Source of the DNA: a virus
Lineage: Duplodnaviria > Heunggongvirae > Uroviricota > Caudoviricetes
Length of the DNA stretch: 40,375 nucleotides
Strand: one strand, 5' to 3'
Virus record (IMG/VR): IMGVR_UViG_3300037307_000307
The notes under the pieces were generated by a model. That model had not been told where the DNA came from and made no database searches. It was given only the letters and a program-made list of their open reading frames with translations. The stretch's first letter is position 1. Every line of letters begins with the position of its first letter. Made by a program: the position numbers and the translations under genes. Shown here one piece after another: positions 1 to 10,600 of the stretch.

Positions 1-347
1 TGACACTTTATACATACTAATACCACTTCTAATGGTTTAGAATAATCTGGATGGTGTCTATGTTTAGCTTGTTCTTTTTTACATATTTCACACATAATGC
101 CTTTAACTATCTTAATTTTGTTGTTCGCTAATTGATGTGCTTTTATTTTTTCTGGATATCTTATCTCATAATCTTTTTGATTTTTACTTCTCATATATCT
201 AGTTTCAATGGGATGTTCTTCTCTCCATTTTTTATTTAATTCTAATATTTTTGTTTTATTCTTTACATAATATTCCCTACATTTTTCTAATCTAATATCT
301 CTATTCATAGCATACCATTCTTCTTTATTAAATTTTTTATTTTCCAT
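1..347 (-). CDS. HNH-type endonuclease, truncated by the window start (not in ORF track)
   Basis: Manual translation from ATG 347: MENKKFNKEEW...CEICKKEQAKHRHHPDYSKPLEVVLVCIKC. The CxxC...HHxDY..PL.V..hC..C pattern is typical of viral HNH nucleases; the frame stays open to position 1. Confidence 0.75.
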   Translation of the reverse strand, partial: MENKKFNKEEWYAMNRDIRLEKCREYYVKNKTKILELNKKWREEHPIETRYMRSKNQKDYEIRYPEKIKAHQLANNKIKIVKGIMCEICKKEQAKHRHHPDYSKPLEVVLVCIKC

Positions 348-628
348 TATTTCATCCTCCAGCCTTTTCTTCCAGGCCACAATACTTTTCTTGCCCAGTA
401 ATTTGCAGAACCTGGATTATCTTTAGTCAATCTTCCTTCTTTATCTCTTATTCCAGCAGAACGTTTCATATAACTTCTCCAAGCAGTTTCGGAATAATTA
501 TGTTTGTAAGGTTTTTGACCAAAGTATATTTTCTTAACTTCTCCAGTATATTTATCTCTAGCACACACTACATATTTCTTTTCAGGTCTATCTGATTTTA
601 TTGGACTGTTTAATTTAACACATTTCAT
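347..628 (-). CDS. Small basic protein resembling the DUF5754-like viral family (likely start MKCVK at 628)
   Basis: KSDRPEKKYVV...KKIYFG..Y..Y...R.YM.R..GI...NPGSANYWARKVLW matches a pattern I recall from large-DNA-virus proteins; family name from memory. Confidence 0.5.
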   Translation of the reverse strand: MKCVKLNSPIKSDRPEKKYVVCARDKYTGEVKKIYFGQKPYKHNYSETAWRSYMKRSAGIRDKEGRLTKDNPGSANYWARKVLWPGRKGWRMK

Positions 629-2442
629 TATAATGCCTCCCCAGTAACCCATTTCTCACGAGGTCTCTTTCTAAGAACTGGTTTTCCTGAGCCTAATTCA
701 ATTTCAACATATTCATCTCCATATGGATTTGCTTGAGGTCTTTCTCCTATTTTAACTGCAGGAACTTCTCCGCCCCTATTCAAAGTTCTCAACTCTCCTT
801 TGAAAGGATTTGGAGCGTCCATAATTTGAGGACCTGTTGAAGTAAGTAAACTTCCACCTGTTGCTTTCAATTCTCCTTTCATAAAACTAGGAGCTTTTAA
901 TATATTATCTTCTGCTTGAGCTATTTCTTGAGCTAATCTTATTTCTTCTGCTGTAGGTCCTCTCTTGGTTGGTTGTTCAAATGTTTTACTTGCTTGTATT
1001 TCTTCTGTAGTCATAGGAGATGTTTCACTTGGATATTGTTCTTGTGTTTGCTGTTCCATAACTTGTTCTTCAGATAATTGTTGTTGAGTTTCTTCAGATA
1101 TAGGAGCTTGTTGTTGAGTTGATGGAGTTAATCTATTCAAAGCTCTTTGTTCAGCGGCCCATTTAGAATATTCTTCTTCATAAACAGGCTTACCTTCAAT
1201 AATATATTTACCTGAAGGTCCGGAAGGTCTTCCTTTTATAGCAGGCCCAAATTTAGTTTGAAGTAAAGCTCCTCCAAATGCAGTTCCCAATCCACCTTTA
1301 ACTAAACGTCTAACTTTTGCAGTAGCAACTTTTTCTCCTTTTCCATACGTGGCTGTCAATACAGAAGGGGCTGCTTTAATAACAGAGACAGCTCTTTCAG
1401 TCACAGCATCTGGACTTACTCTAACTCTTTTCAACATATCGATTGCAGCTTTACCAGTTATAACTCTTTTAACGTCTTGCTTAATTCCTTCAACTCTTTC
1501 TTTAGCTTCCTTTTCTCTTTGTATTTTTTTCTCTATCTTTATTGTCTGTAAAGCTTCTTCTCTTTTCTTTTTCATTTTATCTATTGCTTTATCTGAAATA
1601 CTTCTTTGATATCTTATTCTTTCTTTTTTAGTCATTTGTGCTAGTTCAGTTTTAGTTGCAAACGGAACTCTTAATTCTTCTAATTGTTTTTCAGCTTTAG
1701 CCATTTGTTCTCTTTTTGAATACTTTATTTTAGGTTGATATTCTCTTTCTTCTGGTGCTAAATATATGGCTCTTCTTTTCTCAGCTTCTGCTAATTTTTT
1801 AATATATTTTGCTTTAGGTATTTTACCTCTCATTATAGCTTCTTCTGCTGCAAACTCTGCTTCTGCATATTTCTGACCTTTTAATGTTCCACGTTTTAAT
1901 GAAGATATTCTCTTAATAGCTTCTTGAGTTCTTTGTCTTGCTCTTGATATTCTTTCCTCTCTACTCAATCTTCTTCTTCCGACTCTTCCACTTCCACCAG
2001 AAGCAATCGCTTTAGCTATATCCTTTTCTTGTTTACCTTGCATTTTTTTAAAATCTTCTTCAGATACAACGGACACGCCTGATTGAGCAGATGTAAATTT
2101 ACTCATCTTTTTAGAATTAACTTTCTTCTTATCCTTTAACCAATCTACCGGGTCGCAATCAAAATAGTTTGGAGACCCGTCCATATCAGCATCTCCCCAT
2201 TTACTTAAACGTTTTTGATTTATGGATTCCTTTTTATATTCTGATTTACCCCAATAGTTTACTTTTTCTCTAGAAGGAGTCTTTGGATTAAATGATTGAG
2301 GCTTCCCTATAAAATTAACATTACCGATTACAGGAATTTTTTTCTGCTGTACGGATGTTGGTATCATTCCAATATAAGAAATAGGTTTAACATTCTTTTT
2401 TCTAATTCCAAAAAAATTCCAATTATCGTTATTTTGATTCAT
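628..2442 (-). CDS. ~604-aa basic/coiled-coil protein with a DxDxDG Ca-binding-like motif; putative internal virion protein
   Basis: Long ORF with DADMDGSPNYFDCDP, a K/R/E-rich helical middle and a Q/E/P/T-rich segment. Preceded by the left-arm promoter motif; the second ATG (2442) is 29 nt from the TATA start, as at two other genes. Confidence 0.65.
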   Translation of the reverse strand: MNQNNDNWNFFGIRKKNVKPISYIGMIPTSVQQKKIPVIGNVNFIGKPQSFNPKTPSREKVNYWGKSEYKKESINQKRLSKWGDADMDGSPNYFDCDPVDWLKDKKKVNSKKMSKFTSAQSGVSVVSEEDFKKMQGKQEKDIAKAIASGGSGRVGRRRLSREERISRARQRTQEAIKRISSLKRGTLKGQKYAEAEFAAEEAIMRGKIPKAKYIKKLAEAEKRRAIYLAPEEREYQPKIKYSKREQMAKAEKQLEELRVPFATKTELAQMTKKERIRYQRSISDKAIDKMKKKREEALQTIKIEKKIQREKEAKERVEGIKQDVKRVITGKAAIDMLKRVRVSPDAVTERAVSVIKAAPSVLTATYGKGEKVATAKVRRLVKGGLGTAFGGALLQTKFGPAIKGRPSGPSGKYIIEGKPVYEEEYSKWAAEQRALNRLTPSTQQQAPISEETQQQLSEEQVMEQQTQEQYPSETSPMTTEEIQASKTFEQPTKRGPTAEEIRLAQEIAQAEDNILKAPSFMKGELKATGGSLLTSTGPQIMDAPNPFKGELRTLNRGGEVPAVKIGERPQANPYGDEYVEIELGSGKPVLRKRPREKWVTGEAL

Positions 2443-2463
2443 ACTCATATTATGCTTCTCCTG

Positions 2464-2478
2464 TTTTTAAACATGGTT
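2464..2478 (-). promoter_or_regulatory. Left-arm (structural-gene) promoter AACCATSTTTAWAAA; other copies at 14111-14125, 16201-16215, 17116-17130, 17551-17565 (minus) and 20622-20636 (plus)
   Basis: Six copies, each upstream of a gene; looks like an archaeal BRE+TATA. The TATA start is 29 nt from an ATG at four copies (2442, 14089, 17094, 20658). Confidence 0.8.
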
Positions 2479-2488
2479 TCCATTATTA

Positions 2489-2842
2489 TTATCTATTTTC
2501 AAATATTAATTTGAAAACTTGCCATATGAAATAGATTATTCCGCCAACTAATACTGGAAATACTAATATAGGATATCCATATCCTATTGCCATAGCCATT
2601 ATGAAATATGCTTCAAATATTAAAACTGTATAGAAAGATATTCCTCCTAACATTAATATTATGAAAAAGAATACTGCTATGAATATAACTGCTGGCCAGA
2701 AAGCTCCAAATATATTTTCTACAAATATATCCCAAGGATTGAACATACTTACTTGAGGCCCAGAAGCATATGCGCTTACAAATGGAATTGATGTTGCATA
2801 TGCCATCATAGTTGCCAATATAGTTTTCATTTTGTTCATCAT
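2489..2842 (-). CDS. Multi-pass membrane protein (likely start MMNKMK at 2842)
   Basis: Signal-like N-terminus plus about three hydrophobic segments; 4-nt overlap with the upstream ORF. Confidence 0.75.
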   Translation of the reverse strand: MMNKMKTILATMMAYATSIPFVSAYASGPQVSMFNPWDIFVENIFGAFWPAVIFIAVFFFIILMLGGISFYTVLIFEAYFIMAMAIGYGYPILVFPVLVGGIIYFIWQVFKLIFENR

Positions 2843-3300
2843 TGTGTTGCAGGCCTCCATAACCACCATTCTAATACTGTCATAGCATACATTAATGCTA
2901 CCACTCCAGCAGTAAGTGCTCCTATTATAGCCGCCGGTCCGCATGGACTTCCTGGAATACATCCAGCAAATTGACCAATATTTCTAGTTACGAAATCATA
3001 TAATCCTACTATAGGAACAGCTCCCATTGATAAAAATACTCCGGCTAATCCAGCCAATGTTAATATATCAGACCTTGATATAAATGAAGCAGCTGCTGTT
3101 ATTGCAGATACTGCGAATACAGAACCTACTATTAATGCTAAGAATGAATTGCCCGTCCATATCCAAGGCTGAATTAATATATCTAAGAATGAAGTTCCTG
3201 TTGTTCCATATGCTAATAATGATGGGTCCAGTGTTGCATTCAACAATCCCATGACTATATACATTACAAATAATACTACAAAGAATGGGCCTAATCTCAT
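2839..3300 (-). CDS. Multi-pass membrane protein of the virion module
   Basis: 153 aa with about four hydrophobic segments; 4-nt overlap with the adhesin gene stop. Confidence 0.8.
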   Translation of the reverse strand: MRLGPFFVVLFVMYIVMGLLNATLDPSLLAYGTTGTSFLDILIQPWIWTGNSFLALIVGSVFAVSAITAAASFISRSDILTLAGLAGVFLSMGAVPIVGLYDFVTRNIGQFAGCIPGSPCGPAAIIGALTAGVVALMYAMTVLEWWLWRPATQ

Positions 3301-6300
3301 CCTGAATACCTCCTGATTACACTAATACCATAACCCGCTCCTATGCAACTTGTTATTAAAGCAAATATGTATTGATTGAAGAATGGATATTGTGTCAATC
3401 CATTAAATGTAAACATTCCATACAAACTTAATATCCATATTATTGCACTCATTCCAACTACAAAAGCTCCTGGATGATTTAATTCATAACCTGTAGTTCT
3501 TCCTAATATAAATAGAACTATTACCAAGATAAAGAATATTACAAATATTCTGTTGAATTCTTGTTTGTTATAATCATCTCCAGGAATACATGCATTAAAT
3601 TCTGTAGCATAATCTTCAGATTCTTTTGGAGCCCATACAGTTTCATTCACCCATTTACATTGTGGGTCTGCTTCACATACAACTTCAGAAGTATATACTC
3701 CGCAATCAACTGTTGCCGTTCCCCAAGTACCAAAGAAATCTTGAAGATTTAACATCAATCTTCCTACTGCATTTACAGAATTGTTTTGATTTATTTTTAT
3801 AAATCTCCAATAAGCGTCTCCTTCTATTAATACTAAACTACTTTCATTTGTATTTGTTACAGATACATAATACATTCCTTTTATATTATCTCCAGTGAAT
3901 GTTGTATATACTAAACTCAATCCACAACTAGTTGCGTTACATCCAGCTGTATTAGCTAAACTATCATTTACAATTAAAACATTTCTAGTCTTAGCGTCTA
4001 CTAATTGAAATTTAACTCTTTGTAAAGTTTGATTAGATTTTGAATTATATACATTGAAAGTATAAGTTTCAGTTCCAGGTCTATTGATACCATCAGCTGG
4101 AGTTCTTGTGAAAGTTATACCGTCTATTAAAGAGGAAAATTCTTGTGCTGCTTCATTTTCACAATCTAATATTAAATTGTATTGTCCACTAGTTGGAGTT
4201 ATTGTTGAAGTTAATTGATTACATCCTCCACCTGAAGCAACTATTGTATAAGATGTGATTGGGCTCATGTAATATGAAATTGTTCCAGCAGTATCAGTAT
4301 ATCCATCATCTACAAGAGTTGAAGTTCCTGAAATTGTTCTATAAACTTGAACTCTAACTCCTTCAATGACTACATTTGTTTGAGCACTTATAGCTTGGAA
4401 TGTAACTGGACTTGTTCCAGAATCTATTAAATTTATAAGATAAAGTGTTACAGATGAAGTGGTATTTGATAAAGGTAAACTTTGCCAATTCCATATTTTA
4501 GTAGAGTAGCCTAAGTTTGGATTTCCGTATTGATAATCTCCATTTGTTAAAAGTATTGATGAATATGGAGGAGTGAAACAGAAATTATGATTTAGAGATG
4601 TTTGCTGACTCCCATTTATCAATGGACTGCTATATATGTATTGTTCTCCATAAGGGCTATCAGTTATGTTATAATCCCAAGTGGATTGAACTATAGTCGC
4701 ATTAATAGGAAGATTTGTTGTTTCATCTCTGTAATTTATTGTGAAGAATGTTACATTATTAGTTGTATTACAATAAGAATAATATGAATTTAATATAGTT
4801 ACATTCTGAGATGGAGAAACTTTTGATTGTCCTCCGTAAGATATATCCCAATAAAATGTTTTATTTCCCACTCCAGTAGGTATCCAAATACTTCTTGTGA
4901 AAGTAGCATTTACATTATTACCTGTTGTTGTTGCTGGATAAGATACTCCATTCCATATTAAACTTCCACTTAGATTTACAAATCCTGTAGATGTAACATT
5001 TATAGAATATGTTTGATTTGTCATTTCATATTGTTGAGCATTATAACTAGAGTTTCCGAATTGAACTGAGAAAGTTGTGAATGTATTATTTTGACTGTTT
5101 ATGCATTTAGATGTAGTACCATCTGTATAACAAACTCTTATCCCCCATGCATAAGAACCGTCAGGAACTTCTGCTGATGTTCTATTCCAACTTACATTCA
5201 CTGAATTTGTTCCAGATAAAACAGTGTTTTGAGTATTGTTTAATGTTCCGTTATTCCATAAATAAAATGTCGCGTTAACTAATGTTGATAATGTTGGATT
5301 TATTGTTGCTGAGAAAGTCATAATTGGTGGAATAACTACAGGAGAATTGTCAACTGGAATCATATCTGTTATTGTTACAAATCCTTCTTGATATAATGTC
5401 AATGTCCCAGCGCTTCCAGCTCCTCCTGAATTAGATTGATAAGTTGAACAATCTGGAGCATATGGACTATTATATCCTCCCGTTCCTCCACTTCCTGCAG
5501 TTTGATTTATTATAGAAGACAATGAAGTTGAGTTTGTTAAATATCTATAATATATTTTAACATTTCCAGCGCTAGCTCCTCCTCCACCTCCTCCTCCATA
5601 GGCTCCACAACCTGTTGCTCTTACAGACCAGGAATTGCTCACCCAAGTACCATAAGCGTTTGCTCCTCCGTTTCCTCCGTTAGTTCCGCTAGTTCCTCTA
5701 ACTAATATTGTATTTGATGAACCAAGTAATGTTAAATTTTCAGCTCTCAAAACTAAATTCAAACCAGGTCTTCCGGCACTACCTCCAGAACCTCCTCCAC
5801 CATCGCCAACTGAACCAGAGAAACAATTCCAACTCGAAACATGAGAACCGCTAGAACTTCCTCCACCGCCAGCTGCTCCATAGGAACCTCCTCCAGCTCC
5901 TCCAGTCGATGATATTGTACAACCATAATAACCTCCGCCACCTTGGTCAAATGAAGATGTTGGGCCTCCAGCTCCTCCGCTTCTTGAACCAGCTGCTCCA
6001 GGAGTTGATTGTACACAATTATCATTTGTAGATGTTGCTGAACTTCCACCTCCAGCAGGCCCGAATGGATATCCTCCAGCTCCTCCAGTACCAGAAGTTA
6101 CAGAACATCCAGCTATTACTCCATTACCAGAAGTACCACCACCTCCAAATCCACCACCTTGACTACCACCAATTAATGCACTACCTCCATTTGCAACACT
6201 AGGAGTTGTAAATGAATCTCCGAGATAACTGAAAGATGTTGCATTATATTGTCCTGGATTCAATCTAGATGACAAATCTATTGTTCCTAATACAGTCATA

Positions 6301-7292
6301 TTTGTTTTTGCCATAATATAGAATGCTGCACCAGTAACATTGTTTGTAGATAATGTTGTTCCAGAACCCAAATAAAAACTATTGAATTGATAAGCTCTGT
6401 CGGTCATAAGATAAAGAGTATTTCCTCCAACAGTATAGTCAACTCCATTCACCATATTTCCATATGTCTTAGTAGTTGTTGAGAAGTAAACATCTCCAAG
6501 AGAACCATTTCCATATACATCAGTTATGTTCCACCAGGCCAATTCTGTTATATCATTATTCTTTATTGTAGGAACCCAGTCGATTACTTGATTGAATCCT
6601 TTTTTTCCTGTTATTTTTACAATATATGTTCCAGGCTCTAATTCTTCATTATTATATTCTACAAATTCTTCAGAATAGGTTGTGACTTCTTTTGTTTTGC
6701 CAATGTCTTCATAAGTACATTCTTCATATTGCTTTGGAACTATTTCTTCTGAAATCAATACATTATTAACTCCTTTACTGATAGTAAAATCAACATTCAC
6801 CATTTTACATTGTTTCACTAAATCTTTTTCAGTTGTAGTTCTGCTTACATTTTTACTGATATATATTTTAACATCAATATCATTAGTATATTGAAGTTTT
6901 TCATTTCTAGTTTTTATATCATCTATTATAGAACTTTTTTTATATAAATCTACTTTGAGAATAGAATAGCAATCAATTGTACAATATTCTGTGTGGTCAA
7001 TTAATTCTAAATCTAATAATTTTCCACCACCAAATAATCCTAAGAATTTATCATCACTTATCTCTATTTTTGGATATTTCGATTTAATCATATCCTTCTC
7101 TTTATTATTATTTTTATCATTAACTAATTCTTTTATTTGATTTAAGTTTCCAGAAGTTACTCCGACAGAAATAGATTTATCTTTAGGTAAATAGCTATCA
7201 CTATATTTAACATCGATTGCACTAACCATAAAGGTCATTGATAGCATAAATACTATTGCTATCACTAACCCTAACAACATTTTATTCTTCAT
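3297..7292 (-). CDS. 1331-aa secreted, C-terminally membrane-anchored adhesin/tail-fibre-like glycoprotein
   Basis: N-terminal signal peptide (MKNKMLLGLVIAIVFMLSMTFMVSA), Gly-rich tract (~5400-6230), beta-rich S/T/N region with very many N-x-S/T sequons, and three C-terminal TM helices. Confidence 0.75.
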   Translation of the reverse strand: MKNKMLLGLVIAIVFMLSMTFMVSAIDVKYSDSYLPKDKSISVGVTSGNLNQIKELVNDKNNNKEKDMIKSKYPKIEISDDKFLGLFGGGKLLDLELIDHTEYCTIDCYSILKVDLYKKSSIIDDIKTRNEKLQYTNDIDVKIYISKNVSRTTTEKDLVKQCKMVNVDFTISKGVNNVLISEEIVPKQYEECTYEDIGKTKEVTTYSEEFVEYNNEELEPGTYIVKITGKKGFNQVIDWVPTIKNNDITELAWWNITDVYGNGSLGDVYFSTTTKTYGNMVNGVDYTVGGNTLYLMTDRAYQFNSFYLGSGTTLSTNNVTGAAFYIMAKTNMTVLGTIDLSSRLNPGQYNATSFSYLGDSFTTPSVANGGSALIGGSQGGGFGGGGTSGNGVIAGCSVTSGTGGAGGYPFGPAGGGSSATSTNDNCVQSTPGAAGSRSGGAGGPTSSFDQGGGGYYGCTISSTGGAGGGSYGAAGGGGSSSGSHVSSWNCFSGSVGDGGGGSGGSAGRPGLNLVLRAENLTLLGSSNTILVRGTSGTNGGNGGANAYGTWVSNSWSVRATGCGAYGGGGGGGASAGNVKIYYRYLTNSTSLSSIINQTAGSGGTGGYNSPYAPDCSTYQSNSGGAGSAGTLTLYQEGFVTITDMIPVDNSPVVIPPIMTFSATINPTLSTLVNATFYLWNNGTLNNTQNTVLSGTNSVNVSWNRTSAEVPDGSYAWGIRVCYTDGTTSKCINSQNNTFTTFSVQFGNSSYNAQQYEMTNQTYSINVTSTGFVNLSGSLIWNGVSYPATTTGNNVNATFTRSIWIPTGVGNKTFYWDISYGGQSKVSPSQNVTILNSYYSYCNTTNNVTFFTINYRDETTNLPINATIVQSTWDYNITDSPYGEQYIYSSPLINGSQQTSLNHNFCFTPPYSSILLTNGDYQYGNPNLGYSTKIWNWQSLPLSNTTSSVTLYLINLIDSGTSPVTFQAISAQTNVVIEGVRVQVYRTISGTSTLVDDGYTDTAGTISYYMSPITSYTIVASGGGCNQLTSTITPTSGQYNLILDCENEAAQEFSSLIDGITFTRTPADGINRPGTETYTFNVYNSKSNQTLQRVKFQLVDAKTRNVLIVNDSLANTAGCNATSCGLSLVYTTFTGDNIKGMYYVSVTNTNESSLVLIEGDAYWRFIKINQNNSVNAVGRLMLNLQDFFGTWGTATVDCGVYTSEVVCEADPQCKWVNETVWAPKESEDYATEFNACIPGDDYNKQEFNRIFVIFFILVIVLFILGRTTGYELNHPGAFVVGMSAIIWILSLYGMFTFNGLTQYPFFNQYIFALITSCIGAGYGISVIRRYSG

Positions 7293-7308
7293 TTTAAAAT
7301 TTAATCAA

Positions 7309-7653
7309 TTATATTCCACTCTCCGTTGTTATTCTTCCTAATATTACTCTAGATACGCCAGCAATTAATACTGCCATAATTATATATGGAAGATATAAGT
7401 CAATTGATATGCAAGCAAGAGTGTTTGATTTCAAACTCGCATTATAACTATAAACACTGTTAGGGTCTCCGTAATAAGAATAACCTCTACAGTTAAGATA
7501 GTCTGATTGTTGTGCCATATTTAACAAAGTTGTTAATTGTGGTATAAGAGCTACCATAACTGCAATAGTCATTAATAAGAACAATAAATTTATTATCATA
7601 ACTTGTCCTTTTCTATTCATTGACTTTTTAGTGGATATTTTCCTTAAAACCAT
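7309..7653 (-). CDS. Minor capsid/pilin-like two-helix protein with class III signal peptide
   Basis: Basic leader ending RKG|Q, then a hydrophobic helix with Pro, a polar loop (two Cys, NAS sequon) and a second hydrophobic helix with Pro. GGAGG lies upstream of ATG 7653. Confidence 0.65.
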   Translation of the reverse strand: MVLRKISTKKSMNRKGQVMIINLLFLLMTIAVMVALIPQLTTLLNMAQQSDYLNCRGYSYYGDPNSVYSYNASLKSNTLACISIDLYLPYIIMAVLIAGVSRVILGRITTESGI

Positions 7654-10600
7654 TTCTGTCTACCTCCTTTTTGATTCTTTGAAAATAAATTACCTTTTAC
7701 TTTAGGATTTCTTGTTCTTGCAGCAGCCGCTCTAACTCCTCTCAATGATATTTCTTTCTTCTCTCCAGAAGTAATTATTCTAGCTCTTTCTTTTTGAACA
7801 AATGTTAATGCTTGCGGAGTCTTTGTTTTAGGAGCTCTGAAATAACTCAATGATTTTCCAGAAGGTCCTGCCAAACCTAATGTTCCAACTCTTCCTTTCT
7901 TTTGAACTAATCTAAATGTTGCGGCAGCTCCTCCCAATGTTCTTTTTATACCAAATTGAGTTGCTTCTTCTTTACTTAATAAGAATGGACTTTCAACTCT
8001 AAATTTCTTTCTTCTTCTAATTTCAACTACATATCCTACTTCTTCTTTAGGTCTTTTCTTTTCTTCTGGTCTTTTTCTAGCTTGAGCAAAATCAATTATA
8101 GGTGGAACTATTCTTGGACTAGGTGAAGGGCTAGGGCTAGGCGAAGGAGATGGAGATGGCGAAGGACTTGGACTAGGTGAAGGGCTAGGGCTAGGACTTA
8201 CACTAGGCGATGGACTTACAGAAGGTGAAGGTGAAACACTAGGCGAAGGACTTGGACTAGGTGAAGGAGATGGTGAAGGAGATACACTTGGACTTACGGA
8301 AGGACTTACTGAAGGTGAAACACTAGGACTTGCACTAACACTTGGACTTACACTCATTGAAGCTGAAATTGAAGCGCTAACACTTGGAGAAGTACTTATT
8401 CTAGGTGAAGGTGAAACAGCTCCACTAGGTAAGAATGCTTTTATTGCAGCAGAAGTAACTCCAGAAGGACTTTGCATATATCCTTTCAAAGTTTGTTCTT
8501 CCATAACTTTCTTTGGTAAGAATGTTGTTAGAGTTGTTGTACTCACTCCAGGATAACTAACTATCGCAGGAGAAGTAGTTATCTTAGAAGGAACAAATGT
8601 AGTAAATGCTTGTGAAGTAGTTAATCCAGATATTCCTTTTGGTGCAAATGCTTCAAATGCTGCAAAAGCTTGAGCTCCTTTTATTGCACCAGGTAATGCA
8701 CTAACTGTTACTGGAGCAGTCTTTGCTGCTATTACAGTTGGAACTGCAGAAAGTAATTGTTCAGTTGTAACTTGTGGAAACATTTTAGGTAATGTTGTTT
8801 CTAATCTTGCTAAAGATGCTTTCATCGAAGCTGCTCTAAATGGACTAATGGAATATTGAGATAAAGTTTTTTCTATCGCAAAGAAATCAACTACATCTTT
8901 TGCCACTCTATAATCTTTTGGTCCAATTGAAAGAGTTGTACCTGGAGTTGTTGGAGCTCTTAATTGAATTATAGAACCAGCCTTTTCCAATCCTCCTTGA
9001 CTAAGTTGTTCTATCAATATTCCTTTCTCAGATGTTGCTCCAGGATAAGTGAATTTAGTTTGATATGGAATCTTTGGTCCTAATCCAAATATAGTCGAAG
9101 GAACTTCTTCTGGAGTGTCTATTCCGTGAGCGTCTAAGAAGTTATCCCATTCTTTACCATATTTACCTTGAATCAAACCAGTATCTTTTTGCCATTTAAC
9201 TGCAAGACCGTCTTTACCTTGTGCTGCTTTAAGTGCTTTATAAAGTTCTTCTACTTTTGGAATAGCTTCTTGCTTAGGGAATCTTACGTCATAATCTCCA
9301 GCTGGTTTTCTTCCGGGACCAAATTTACCTCCAGGTAATTGTGCTTGATAAGCAGATGAACCAGCTAAGTAATTAGCTCGAAGAGATGGAGACTCTCTGA
9401 ATTGTTTTTGTAACCATTCAACAAATACTTTTTGCTGTGCTTTATTCATATACTTGAAAGCTTCGGTTTGTTCTAATTGTAGTTTACCTGGTTTAACATC
9501 TATACCATATCCTTTAGTTGCAAGATTAATAATATCTTTTACTCCAGCTCCAAACACAGGTCCTAATTGTTGTTCTATTGCTTTTCTAGCAAATGCTGTT
9601 TGTATTGCAGTGGCTGGAGTGAATCCTGTTGCTTGTGGAAGAATGGATTGTACATCTGGAAATAATATATCTTTCTTAAATCCAAATCCCCATTTGTATT
9701 TACCTTGTGATATTAATAAGTCAGTCATGCTCGCTGCTTTTGTTTCAGGAGTGAATGCTTTAAATGCAGCAGGAGAAACTTTCAAACCAATATCTGTTCT
9801 AAACCAACTTGGAGCATAAGCAACTGTTTCTTTTCCAGGTAAGAATATCTGAGCTTGTTCACTCTTCCAACTAACTCCTCTCGGTACGAAAGCTTCATAT
9901 GCAGCCCTTGAATAAGTTGTCGGAGTCTGTTGTGCTTGAATATATTTTTGACCAGTGTAAGCACCAGTGGTTCCAAAGAATGTTGCTTTAGATGGTATAA
10001 ATGCTGTTGCTGTAGTTCCAGTTGCTCCAGGTATTGATGCTCCAAATGCCCATGTAGCAGTTGTAGCTCCATTTTGTAATGTTAAAGTTCTACCAAATAC
10101 TGGATATGCTTTAGTTCCCCATTGTGCATATAGTCCTTGGAATGTTGCTTTATCTGCTGGAGTTAAAACCATTTCTCCATATGTTGGAGAACCTATCTTA
10201 GTATCCATCTTTAATGTTTGTGCTCTAGCTTCTCCAATCTTTACAGGGAATGTTCCTTTATATAGAGAAACTCCAGTAGCAACTCCTACTGTGAATATTC
10301 CTCCAGCTTTCTCAACTTTAGTAGCACCAGGTTTAGCTATTTGGAATCCTCCATAAGCTGTGGTAACAGAAGATGGAACAAACTTAAATAATCCTCCAGC
10401 TGTACCTATAGCTAATGCTTTTTCTGGAGATGTTGGTAATATTGATGAAACAAACTTAGTTCCAAATATTCCACCAGCTTCAGCCCAAGTCATAAGTTCA
10501 TCTGATTTATTAGCATAATCTTTTGCAAGCTTTTTATATTCATCACTTGATACAAATTCTTTTTGAACATCCTTCACATATTGACTATTATTGAATTCTG

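Noticed and set aside
8113-8420. DNA-level satellite or contingency locus
   Set aside because: Synonymous variation shows selection on the Ser-Pro peptide rather than on a slippage-prone DNA repeat.
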